DNA of 63,533 nucleotides, counting the filler, from Sluysia triapertura (taxonomy: Eukaryota): assembly GCA_046118255.1 (NCBI GenBank). It is 4 parts of 4 records of this genome, joined end to end, with 100 filler letters (N's around TTAATTAATTAA, not from the genome) between each part and the next. Parts side by side here need not be neighbours in the genome. Positions count along the whole stretch, not along the records: positions 1 to 17,943 come from JBJNIA010183501.1; positions 18,044 to 29,099 come from JBJNIA010189530.1; 2 more parts are not named here. One strand, 5' to 3'. The notes under the pieces were generated by a model. It made no database searches and was not told where the DNA came from. It saw nothing but the letters and a program-made list of their open reading frames with translations. The translations under genes and the position numbers were made by a program. The stretch's first letter is position 1, and every line of letters starts with the position of its first letter. Of this stretch, positions 13,336 through 26,100 are shown piece by piece.

Positions 13336-13687
13336 TTATTGTTTCATAATACCGATTTAAAATCTAATCTATATTTATACCCTGTTTCAAAAGTACAGCT
13401 CACCACCTACATAAACAATACTATTTAATAAATAAAACATGAATAAACACTATTACTTATTTATAGTTTCCAATTTTAGTACACTTTTAATTACACTATG
13501 TTGCATTTAGTTAAATAAATTTAGAAAATTTCGAAACGACAGGACACATACAAACTTTTATTTAAGAACTTTTATTAATAATCTAATGTTACAGTTATGT
13601 TACATGTAATTGTACATTCATTAACTACTCACTATTATCAGTAAATAATAAGTAATAAATAATACAATAATAAATAGCAATACATAC

Positions 13688-13913
13688 ACTTCTTCCATCA
13701 AAAATCAATATAAATTGATATTTTAATTCAATTCGTTCTCATTTTGTTCGATCAATTCTTTTCCTATTATCAAGCGTACTCAATATTTAATCCTTGTTTA
13801 AAAACCGAAATTATTCTTTGATTCAACGTCAGTGATATTATTTGCCATTTTCCATCAGTAAAATATTTTCTTTGTTTTCTTTTCTGTGATAGTCTCATCT
13901 CAATTTTCCTTAA
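13688..13913 (-). pseudogene. Decayed exon with a laminin-G-like motif
   Basis: Bounded by a tttttag acceptor and a gtatgt donor. Reads KYFTDGKWQIISLTLNQRIISVF (DG.WH.V motif) but contains in-frame stops. Confidence 0.4.
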
Positions 13914-14064
13914 TCTAAAAAAACAGAACAAAAACTTAAAATTAAATAAGTTTATTAGAAAATGTAAGTTTGTTTTTTTTGATAATTTATTTACTAATTT
14001 GTCGCTATGAAAAACTTATTTAAGGACAGCTATTAAATTTTCGTAAAGCATTTCAGACATCATT

Positions 14065-14555
14065 TTCATTATTTTTATTTATTTATTATTAATTTTATTA
14101 TTTATTAATTCATTATTAATTTATTATTTATTAATTTTTTTATTAATACATTTCATTTTTTATTAATTTTATTATTTATTATTTTTTTGTTAATTATTAT
14201 TTACTTATTGAATTATTTGTTAATTCATATACTTATTAATTTATCATTTATTAATTTTATTTTTTATTAATTCATTATTTATTTATTTTATTATTTATTT
14301 ACTGTATTATTTATTAATTCATTATTTAATTATTTATCATTTATTAATTTTATTATTTATTAATTCATATATTTATTAATTTATCATTTATTAATATTAT
14401 TATTTATTAATTCATTATTTATTAATTATATTATTTATTTTATTTATTTATTATTTTTTATTACTTATTAATTTATTATTTATTAATTTTATTTATTAAT
14501 TCATTATTTATTAATTTATTATTTTAAACCAATTTCCAATAATTATTTAATTTAT
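14065..14555. repeat. Near-pure AT minisatellite (about 16-18-nt ttattaatt(c/t)attat units)
   Basis: Visible reiteration over about 490 bp. Confidence 0.8.
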
Positions 14556-14909
14556 TCTTAACGTTGCTAAGTAGCTTCAAATTTGCATTACATATATTGT
14601 AGAATCTGGCTTGGCTTTTTGTACAAATAAGATCCATTTTATCATCAATCAGGTAAACCTTCGGTTTCTGGGAATTTATAAGTAATATATGGAAAATGGA
14701 AAATGAAAAACGAGTTTATGCTAAAAATTGAAGTTATAAGTAATCGATGTAAATAAAAATAGAAGATGCTAATAATGGAACATTGCAGAAAGAAATTATA
14801 GTTTTGTAAGCCATTTGATATTTGTGTTCTACTATATGAAACACAGATAATCGATGATAGATGAAAAATTCATGAAATGATATTAGAAATGATAAAACAG
14901 GAAGGATAA

Positions 14910-14961
14910 ATGGTCCCTGCGCAAGGATGACACGCAAAATCGTGAAGCGTTCCATATTTTT
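14910..14961 (+). ncRNA. U6: U6 snRNA 3' half (5'-truncated or degenerate copy, probably a pseudogene)
   Basis: ATGGTCCCTGCGCAAGGATGACACGCAAAATCGTGAAGCGTTCCATATTTTT matches metazoan U6 from the ISL to the oligo-U end almost exactly. Upstream only ACAGGAAGGATAA loosely resembles ACAGAGAAGATTAGC, and no canonical 5' stem-loop is adjacent. Confidence 0.85.
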
Positions 14962-15469
14962 AAACATTTTTTCACAATAAATGACGCGTATTTGGCGATC
15001 CAAACAAGAGGGATGAAATTACATGATATCGTTTTGTCAGACAACAAAAGTAAAGAGAAGTGCTTAGTAATTAAATCGATATTAATTTAAAAATATTTAC
15101 GTTTAGTTTGTTCTCATTAAAAGATAAGCGTAACAGTAGTAGTGTAATGTAGTAGTGTTAATATTGATATGAAGGAATAGTTAAATGTATAAATTTCAAT
15201 TCATCAACTATTTCTGTGTATCGTTTTAATAAATGTGTATTATCAATCGGTGTCTGTAAAATATGAGTTTTCTTGGCATTTATAGGTAAATGAAATATTG
15301 GTAATATTTCAACAAATTATCATCATATTGTGGAAATAACACATTTTAAATTAATTTTATATTTTAATTATTATTATACGATAATATTTCAATAAATAAA
15401 TTATATTTAACAAATAATTATTTAAATAAATAAATTCATTTATTAATATAAAATTAAATTATTTAAATA

Positions 15470-15857
15470 CAGCGGCGGACAAATTATTAGACTAAGAGGA
15501 TACTATGAAACTATTAATCAAAAGTTTCATTGTCACGAAAAATATAAAACGTTGGAAAATAACAACTTTCTCCAAAAAAATTCTGGTGAAAATAAAATAA
15601 TAGATAAAAATACTGAGATCCAAAACATACAGAAATTTTATTCATGTAGAATGATAACAGATAAGCTCGTGATGCCATGCTTTTATCAGAGTTTTAATAA
15701 GTTCCGTCCTGGTGGTTGGTTTATGGGTAGAAACTCTCCTTTTGACAATCTCACACAGATTTTCTATGTGATTCATGTCAGGAGAGTGTCCAGGTCAGAG
15801 TAGCAAATATTAAGAAAACGAAAGAAAAGCATATTTTTCCTGTTTTAGTCTGATAGT
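15470..15857 (-). mobile_element. Second copy of the same Tc1 derivative (inverted, one TIR truncated)
   Basis: Aligns by eye to the reverse complement of 37710-38257. Starts TA|CAGCGGCGGACAAATTATTAG. The minus strand reads PGHSPDMNHIENLCEIVKRRVS. Confidence 0.78.
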
Positions 15858-17378
15858 GAAACATTATTTATTCATTATTCTATTCGAGAAGCACCTTGTA
15901 GACTCGATTTCTTTGAAAATATTCAAAATATAATAAACTGTTTATTGAATAAGTTTATAGTTTGAAATAGTAAATATTTGGAAATAATTCAAAAAAATTT
16001 TAAAAATTAAGAAAAATCTTTCGTTTACTAATTAATTAAATTCTTAAAAGAATACTTAAGAAAGAATACTTGATTGTTTCGTAATTAAAACTTGAGTTAT
16101 TCGATTTATAAAATAATTAATTTTATAATTATAATTACGGGAATAATAATAATGATTATAATATTATTATAATGATTATCATTTTACTTGAATTAATAAA
16201 ATAACGTAATTAATTCTCATTCACATAATTCAAATATTTCATCCAATCAATTAAAATACACACGAACAAAACTCAAGAATTGCATTCATCCAATCAATAT
16301 TATAAATTAATTTCAAGTCTCAGTTATCCGAATTTAAAATGATTTTCTCATAAATTCTTTAACATCATACTTACTTTAGTATTGTGAAATTTAATTTTAT
16401 ACAAGACAATTATTTATTCTTGTACCTTTCTATATTTATCGCAATTGTAAAAACCAATAGAAATTGTTAAAATTATTATTTAATAAAGATTACTTTATTT
16501 AATATTGTACTGCTGTTGACGCAGATAACTTTAACTTATAGGTATTACCTTAATTGCTAATATGTTAAGAATAAATAGCTCACTATTCAATCGGGGATAA
16601 TGTCAAAATATAAGATGATAGTTTATTGTTAATGTTAGAGTAGACTACTTTCCCTGAAAGTGTGAATTTAAGTACTCGTTTTTGTTGTCCGAAATGGAAA
16701 TGGTAGACAAGTTATTCGTTTATCCTTAACAAATTTTTGTCGCGTTTTGACCTTGCTTTAAAGCTATAATTCAAGTAGTTACTTTATGAAAATTTAACTC
16801 TAATCTTGCCTGTATTACTCTACTTTCAACCCCCTTTAACAATTATCAACAAAAGTAAAACTAAATTACAATAATTTTAGTTATAATATAATAAAGCCTC
16901 GAAATATTTCAAAATTTGTAAATTTATTTATTAATTGAATTTTTAATAATTCATTATTTAAATTTAAGCAAACACCAAGAAATAACTTTATATTTAAAAT
17001 TTAATTCAGACTAAAATGTAATTTAATAACAGATACGTGTTATTGATTGTCAGGACAAAAATCAATAGTTTCGAATTAGGATCAGAAATGTTGAATGATT
17101 TTATTTTGTTTATCATGCAATTTTAAGTCATGTTCTAAGATAATTTTAAGATCGGATTTTATACCCTTAAAGTTTGATTATATATTATTCTTATTTGAAA
17201 ATGATTTTATCAACTATGATAGTTATGTTTGATGTTGTCTTTATTAAATGATTATTTATACTATTTCAATTTAAAATTGATTGTTATTTGTTACTAAATT
17301 TTGAATTTATATTATTTCTATGTAATCTCACTTTAATTTTGCGAAGATTTTATCTTAGAAAACTTATAAAGTGCAAGA

Positions 17379-17786
17379 TGTAACTTTGGAGGCGAGTCCA
17401 CCTAACAGAAACGTCTTATATCTGATCGAAGGCGGTCTATTAGGCTTTCAGGAAGAGGTGTAATTCTACTTTAGAAGAGTCACGTATTATGTAAATAGTC
17501 ACTTATGTTCTTAATGGTTATGAAAAATAGTCTTGTAGCAACATTTATTCTGTTCGCTTTTATTTCTATATGAACAATTATAAAAGTTTAAAGATTGGGT
17601 TCGCCTACGATAAAGGCTTTATCTTAACTGGAAGGACGTTCTCGTAGGATTTTAAAGTGCTTAAAACTGAAGGTCCGAAAAATTAATCTCCGATGCTAAT
17701 TATTAATGTCAATCTAATATCTTGGACGATTAATCTCTTTCGCTATCTTTTTGCTTAAAACTTTATATTAAACGTTAGTTGTGACA
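17379..17786 (+). mobile_element. Candidate solo LTR (family B, GAGTCC(A/G)CC motif)
   Basis: TGTAAC...GTGACA ends and ATTAAA near the 3' end. The 5' part resembles 38560-38620, and the GAGTCC(A/G)CC motif recurs inverted at about 25980 and 29235. No clean TSD. Confidence 0.4.
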
Positions 17787-17943
17787 CTGATTTTCTAATT
17801 ATAAAACTTTGTAATTTTAATCAAATTATCTTTTAAAAATTTATCTTAAAAACTTTAAAATCAAATTTAAGTAAACAAAAGAATACGAACGAATTTTTAT
17901 TGTACATAAAATATTATAAAAAACTATGTATACAATACGAGGA

Positions 17944-18043
17944 NNNNNNNNNNNNNNNNNNNNNNNNNNNNNNNNNNNNNNNNNNNNTTAATTAATTAAN
18001 NNNNNNNNNNNNNNNNNNNNNNNNNNNNNNNNNNNNNNNNNNN
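17944..18043. other. Artificial contig-joining spacer N44-TTAATTAATTAA-N44
   Basis: Exactly 100 nt, with a central 12-mer that puts stops in all six frames. Confidence 0.95.
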
Positions 18044-21000
18044 TTATAACAAGATTTAATATGCACCTCCTAAAATCTAACTAAAATACGATTTACTTAT
18101 TTCCGTGCTTAAGACACCTTATTAGAACTCTAATTTCAAAATTATTGACACTGTAAACAAAAAAATAAAAGTTTGATATTTTTGATAATATTTTTAAAAT
18201 TTTATTTCACTCTTATATTCAATTTTAAAATAATAACGAAACTGTTTTTATAAATGTTTTATAACAGTTTTCATAAATGTTTATCTGATGAAAAACAACC
18301 ATCCTTGTTTCGAAACGCAACTCTATGTGTATTTGTGTATTTAGCCGATTACTTTGGTAAGACCGTCGTGACTCCTCCGACATTCGACACACATTTTCTC
18401 CGTACAATTCAATATCGTAAAGATATCTTTTTTCTTTATATCAGATCCTAATTTACATTTAGTAATCAAATTCAGTACACTTGGTAAAACAACTTTGCTA
18501 AACACCACAAAAGCATGTTTGTTATAAAATGCAAAATTTTATCATTATATATATTCTTTTTTGATTCAATTTCATGAAATAAAAATGTGTGATTATATTC
18601 CAAAGTCATTTTAACTTTTCCGAAATACATGTGACTTGTTTCTAAATGATTAAAATTAAATTAATTGAATTATTAGTTTCATTTCAATCAGAATCTTTCA
18701 AATTTTCATATTATAATACAATTATAATATAATGTTCTCTGTGATCAAACTTGTGATCACTAGATTAAAAATTGACAAATACTTTTTATATCTGCGTCAT
18801 ACATATCAATGTTATATGATATAAAATGTTTTAGATCACTAAAATTATCATGTAATTTCGAATTAAGAAAGGAGTAAAGCTTTTCTAATAAACGAGATTC
18901 TCCAAGAATTTTATTCATTCATGATGATTCCTTTCAATCGTCCTAATTTCTGAGAATAGTTTTATATTATTCTGGCCACATTTGCTGTTATTCACATTGT
19001 ACATAGTTTTAGCTTTTGATGATATAGTTTCTTCATCTTTCTGTATTTCAATATTTATGCGACTTAATATTTCTCTCCGATGGTAACAAAATCTTAATCA
19101 ACAACTTCAGTTTCACAAGAAAAACAAATTTAACGAACTAATCCATCCATAAAAATTGAAAATCATCCAGCAATAAATGTTTTGTCAATACCTAACTTTA
19201 ACAAAAACTCAAAATCATAGCAATCATAGGAATCTAAACGAAAGAATAACTTGAAACACTAAATTAATCAATTTACTATTAATTAAATAATAATTCTCGA
19301 AAAGCTACAATTTCTTGTTCATAAAACGACAGAAACATTGAATCAATTTCATGAGACTTCATTACAATTTTTATTTTTATTGCAGATAACGCTAAATCAA
19401 AATTAATTTAATTAAACGGTTCAAAAATGCATAATATTATTAATAATTTCAAACTTAATAACTAATACACAAATTGGTTCCTGAAAATCTTTATATGAAT
19501 AGACAATCTCAACAACAATTGTATTGATAGTTGAATTGTCTGGATTATAACATTTCTTTAAAATTTAACTGAAAGTATTATTCGAAATAGAAAAACTAAA
19601 ATTATTTTTAATATTACTTTTTCAATTTAAATGGCAATATTTGGTAAGTTTTCTGTAAAAAATATTTTTCATTATTGTGACATAAAGAAACATGTTTTTT
19701 ATTTAAGCTAAAATTACGTAGAATATGTAATTTGTTTTTCGTTATATATGAACATCTTATGTATATTGTATTTCAATTGTACATCTAAAATAATTTCCTT
19801 TTTAGTCAATATTTTCATAAAATAATTCAAACTTGATGTTTCTCAGAATTTTTTTGAAAATATACATCGGTTTTTGAAATATTTACCATGTATTTACTTT
19901 GTATCATATATAAATTATTTGTTTATTATAAAAAGAAAGTATTTATTACATATTATGAAAATATTAAATAATATAATTTTAAAATATTGAAATACATAAG
20001 TTTCTAAAATAAATTACTCAAGCACCTTAATAAACTTAAGAAAACTTAGAAATTTGAAAATGCAAAATAAACATTTAAAAAATAAGCTCAAAACATAATA
20101 CAAGAAAATTAAGAAAGCATGAAGCTTATCACACTTAAGTGACTATGAAGAGAGTTTCAGAATATGTAAGAACACAACATAAGTGCAAAAACACGAATTA
20201 ATAATAAGACAGATATAAATATAGCTATAATATACAATTAAATTAAGGCGAATGTAAATACAGCTGTAATTACATAACTAGAACAGAAAATAAAAAATAA
20301 ATAAAGCTGTTGAAAATAAAGGCAGATTTTTACCATAAAATGTGATTTAAACGCTATTATTGGAAAATAGTTAAAATACTTAAATTATTGGAAAATTCAA
20401 ACGTTGCGGAAAAAAGCTGAAGATTGATCACACATTATTGATAAAAGACGGTTACTTATTTGCAAAGTTTGTTCATTCAACAAGGATTGAATTATTATTA
20501 TTAAATTATTATTACTAAAATCATACAGTAAGTGTAGTAACTAATAAATTTAATTTCTGTCAAACTAATAAAATTCTATTAATGGCTATTTATTTATTTG
20601 ATTAGTTTTCTGTCAATGTAGGGATTTAGTTAGTAAATAACCAGATTAGATTTGTCAGATTAAATCACTTATATCCTGACACCTGGGACGAGTTGTCGCA
20701 ACCAAAATCACAATAAAAAAGCATAAAATTCAAAAGTATCCAGAAAAGATAAAGTAATTATGGAGTCTCACTTAAGCGTGATTGACCTACAATCATAAAT
20801 GAATTAATTTAAATCAATGAGTTCACCTGTGATTTGTCCACAGTTACTTTAAATCAAAAGCATGAATATAATAAGAAGATAACTATTAAACGCTATATAA
20901 TTTATGAGAACTCTTTTAAGTTGAGACTATAGAATTAATTTACAAATATATTTTATATTCATATTTAATGTAGGACTTCAAAAATCAGATTTAATTGGCT

Positions 21001-21749
21001 TCTTTAAAAGTAACCCTTGAAAACAATAACATGACAGAGCTTACATCTTTTAGAAACATATAATTTATATTTTTTATCTATTTAATAAGAACCTCTGGCC
21101 GTATTAAGGACAAATTTTACATTGATTAACGAAATTACTTATTCTTAACTTAATTCATTACGAAATTTTTACTGTTAATGATCCGTGCTTAAGGCACTTA
21201 CATATATAATAACATTTAAAATTGACAATGAGACCAAAAATATATTTATAAAAATTTATTTTACAAATATTAAGAATTGTAAAAAGTTTTTTGATTACAC
21301 AAACTGTTGGCGGAGTCCGCACTGACATAGCCAGGCCCCTTTTACATTTGAACATTAAAAATATTAATATAATAACAAAATTAGAATATATTATCGTAAC
21401 ACCATCAACTTGGAATTGAGTTGAAATCTAACGGGAAATCTAACGCGACTGCACGAGCAAAACTTTGATCTGTTTCAGGATTTCAAAAGATTTTAAAAAT
21501 CCATCGCCGTTTTCTAATTTTGCAGCCTCTACGGAATTACGATCAGCTAAATAATCAGCTTCCTTGACAGTGTAATCAAAACTTAATTTTCGCAATTCAG
21601 AAAATTGAACGCTCTTCTTTCACGCTAGTTTAAAATTATTTCGAGTGTAAAATATAATAGAGATCCAGCTGGACGATGACTTTTAAATGATTTAGCATAA
21701 AAACTGATTCAGAATAGATTCAGAATAGATTCAGAATAGATCGCGAATA

Positions 21750-23100
21750 TTACTGCTCAGATGATGTATATTCGCGATAAAAGTTATTGAAACTTTAAAT
21801 TCAAATATTATGAGTTTTCTTATGCAAATGCTAAATAGATTCAGAATAGATTACAACATTGTTAAAGTCGTCTGAAAAATTCCTGCATCCCGAACATGAC
21901 CTAAGGATCCTGAGCCAAATAAGCGAAGGCATAAGAACCTTGGTATGATCGTATATATCGAATGAATCGCATCACTACTACACATACCATTCAGAGCAAG
22001 TGAAAACGGAATAGGTATCTTTCAATTCTAGTTACTATCCACCACTTCCTAATTAAACAAATTAATTAAACAAAAATCCACATCCCAGTTCTGTCAGAGG
22101 ATAAATATCTTAACCAAATCTTTCTTTTTTAATTGTTTGTAGTCCTAAGAATATAGTTTTTGGTTTGTCGTCTTTGTAAAATTTGAATTCTTAAAATTTT
22201 AAATTACGATTTAACTATATATTATTAAAAACTTTTATAAATGACCATTATATAAACAAATTTTTTAATAAAATCAATAATAATAATAATATTAATAATA
22301 ATAATGATAATAATAATAATGATAATAATAACAATAATAATAAAAAATATTAATAAAATAACATTGACGATAATAATAATAAAAATAATAAAATAATATA
22401 ATTAAGATGTACTAAGTTCCATTTTTTCCTCTAATAGCTCTTATAAAAATAACACTAAAATTATATATTAATTAAAAATTATATTTTAATCAAAATTATT
22501 AATTAATTAAAATTTTGTTTTAATGCGTCATAATTTCAGCATTAATTTCTTTTATTATAATTATAAGTTTAACTTTGATTTTAATTTTAATTTTAATTTT
22601 AGTATTAATTTTAATTTTAGTATTAATTTTAATTTTAGTATTAATTTTAATTTTAGTATTAATTTTAATTTTATAATTATATTTTATATTTTAATTTTAA
22701 TTTGATTCCAAAAAAATACTATATAATGATATTACTGCTCAGCTGATTTATATTCACGATAAAAGTTATTGAAACTTTAAATTCAAATATTATGAGTTTT
22801 CTTAAGCAAATGCTAAATAGATTCAGAATAGATTACAACATTGTTAGAGATCAAACAATTCTCAGAATTAACGTTGTTATAGATGAAACGTCAGTACAGA
22901 TGAAACATTTCTTAGAATTAATGTTGACATATATGAAACATTTTTCTGCCATTATGTTTTTACAGAAGAAACTTCTGTCACAATGGAAACAGTTTTCGAA
23001 GATAAAAGTGTTTCTTTCGCAGTAAATATATTTGAATTAATAGTTGGCTGTAAACACGTTTCTTTTGACGATGCAATACGAAATCCAATGATCAGAAGTA
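21750..23100 (+). mobile_element. Rearranged hAT (Tip100/ZMYM1-like) transposase remnants with an internal duplication
   Basis: VVIDETSV...HFLE and SFDDA..M resemble the DETTD and YDGA..MSG motifs. About 113 bp is duplicated at about 21750-21863 and 22733-22845. (gattcagaata)x3 lies just upstream at about 21706-21740. Confidence 0.45.
22570..22702. repeat. 18-nt tandem repeat (ttaattttaattttagta)n
   Basis: About four perfect units plus degenerate flanks. Confidence 0.85.
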
Positions 23101-26100
23101 AGAAATAAATAATTATAAAAATATTTGTAAAATTGATTTACAGAACTGGATTTTTAAATTACTTTTATCAATAAATGTAATGTTCGCGAATTGCTAAACA
23201 AAATATATAAATCAAAAAAAGACTCAGAAACAATTAAACTACTGGCAAACACTAAGAGTTAAATAAATTATCATTGCTGCATAATCAAAAAATAGTGGTT
23301 TTGATAATTTTAATATCTTGTGCTTGAAATTGATTAAAATTGTTTATTAAACAATCGTTTTTCATAGATAATTACATATTTTTGACTTATGACTTCATAG
23401 TAGCTCTGAGAAATGTAGAGTCTAACACAGAAGTAAACTGATCAGAATTGCACATACATAAATATGTATACAAACTCAAACAAACAAAAGAACATAAGGA
23501 AGCTTGATGGTAAAAATAAAAAGAATAATAATAACAATAACATAATTATTATATATTTTAATACAACGATGTTGATGATATTGTGATATTATTATGAAAC
23601 CGCTTCATGACACACTAAAGAATATGCGAATTCGTAACTCAGACGCGAATAAACAACTCAAACTTTAAAATCGTTTAGAGAATCGGAAATGAGAACATAT
23701 TGACTAGTTTTTACTAAATGAAAAGTTATATAACAAATTAAAATATCAACTGGAATTAAATTTTTAAAAACTACACATACCAAAACGGTTATAAGTTCAT
23801 TAATTTCTGCAGAATTATACTCATACATATGACCGTATAGTAAAATGATATTATTTGACATATTTTATTAAAATTAGTGTATTTATCAGAATCATTTGAG
23901 TAAAAATAAATCATATTAGTATCTCTATCACCACAGTTCGTATTAATGTTCGTTCATACAAATAATATTAATAGTAATAAAGATAACAAATTAAATAATA
24001 ATGATATTAATGAAAGTAATAAAATAATGAGAATATTATTAAAATAATATTGATAAAAATAAATATAATAATATTATTAACAACAATAAAAAGTAATTAT
24101 TTATATAACGCAAAAAATAACGAGAATTTTTTCAGTTTTATTTACTTTTATATTCTGGTCTTCGTTTGTTTAATTTTCGCTTTAAAATTCTACCACATTA
24201 TGCATGTTAGGTATTTATTTGAAGCTTAAATCTAACCTATTCTTTTCTCGTTGCTTAATAATTAATGTACGTGATATTTAACCCTAAGTAATTTCTCTTG
24301 GTGTATGTACAGTCATTATAATGATCGACATGTTTAAGCAATGACAATTTCAATAAATTCATCTTACCAGAAAGCTGATTTAAAATTAAATTATATTAAA
24401 ATTATAATTCAATATCGCATATATTGTTTTCTTTCAATATTAATTAATAACAATAAATAAATACAACAATAATAACATAAAGAGCAAATTTGATTTATTA
24501 CATAACATCAAAAGTCATTATTTATTTATTTATTGAAAGTAAATTATAAAGAAGGAATCTAACTGAATAATTTCAAAGTAAAAAAAACTTAAAAATAAAA
24601 AAGGTACCTGAAATTTTAAATACTTAAAAAATCAAAGATTTCAACTCTAGCATGACTTATAATTGCTAGATCTTTCCTAGAATTTTGCTTAATTTGTTTA
24701 TTTTACTTATGCTGTGAGCTCCTCACAATCTTAGACTTATTCACTTAAGGGCTCAGTTGTAAGCAGTGGAGGTGCGAATGTATATTTTTGAGAAAGTTTA
24801 TTTGTATGTTAAATTTCAAATAGTTTATGTGGTACTTCTCTGAAATTTAATTTAACTCGCAAATTGTATTTTAAGTATTAATTTACTACCGTGTCTCAAA
24901 AATGGTAACTTTATTAATATTGTTAAAATGATATTTCAGTCGATTTTTCGACCGAGTAAAATCGGCGACCTTAGAAGAATAAATCTTTTTAAAATAATAA
25001 AAAAATATATTATAACAGTTATGATTCAATGACCAATGATCAAAGATTGTGTTTATAATTCAATGATCAATGATTGTTTAAATGATTTTATGTGTTTTTA
25101 CTAACAATTATATTGATTTTTGTATAAATTAATTTATGAAATTTATTGGATATATTGATAATTTATATTATTTATTGAATATATTGATTCTAATAAACTA
25201 ACGTAAGTAATATTAATTTTGTAAAAGTATAAAATATTCTAAATATTATTTTTTATTTGTAGTAGTATAAAATATTTTAACGATTTTGTTTTAACAAAGT
25301 AAGGCCAAGGCCAATGAAAAATATCTGTAAAAATAGAGAAAAAGCTCACTTAAACACAATTTTTAACATTTATAGAATTCGTATAATTATTTTTATTGCT
25401 TCATAATTCAAGCACAAGGACGCATATTACCAATTAAAAGCTTATTATTTCTTTTGAAGAAGATTATTAAGTAGTTTTCATTTTTCGAATAATTTAAAAA
25501 ACGTTAGTTTATTTTGTATGATTTAGATACTTATAAGTATCCGACGAAAATTACACTTAAAATATATTTAAAGATATTCGGAACCTTCTAACGGTTTTTA
25601 CGTAAAATAAAACTAAAATTCTCTTTTACAAAGCATTGACTTTGATAGTTAATCGACGTAAAGTTTTTATTATATTGAATTGTTGTTTTGAGTATCAATT
25701 AATTTAAATAGCTTCAAAATCATAATGTTGCCCGTGTGTCAAAGCTTTATCATAATTTCATTCTGATTTCGTAAAATCAATTTATATAAATACTTTTCGC
25801 AGGATTTCCACAAAATCTCATTATAACCTCATAGCAATTTTAATAACCTCCAGATTTCTTTAAGTTAAAAGAATTTTAAGTCTAAGCTAATAAGTATTAA
25901 GAAGTTTTTAATCTTAAAATAAAACTCTTTTAATTAAAATACAACGGCTAGCCATAACTGGTAAGCCTACTACGATGGCGGACTCACCTATAAGGTTGCT
26001 TTATTCTGTAAGGTTAGAATAAAACCCAGCAATATTAATATAAACAATATTTATATAAACTATTCATCAGGAATCGATGATAATGAATAAATAAATTTCG

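Noticed and set aside
1406-13913. TAA/TAG codon reassignment suggested by in-frame stops in exon-like pieces
   Set aside because: Well over 1000 codons of confident CDS in the window contain no internal TAA or TAG, and the affected pieces also carry TGA stops or frameshifts.
14655-14905. U6 gene split by a spliceosomal intron (ctaataatggaacattgcagaaaga at about 14770, gtaagc...acag, and a cTTCGg loop at about 14660)
   Set aside because: The upstream resemblance is only about 70% in AT-rich DNA, and removing the putative intron does not restore ACAGAGAAGATTAGC.
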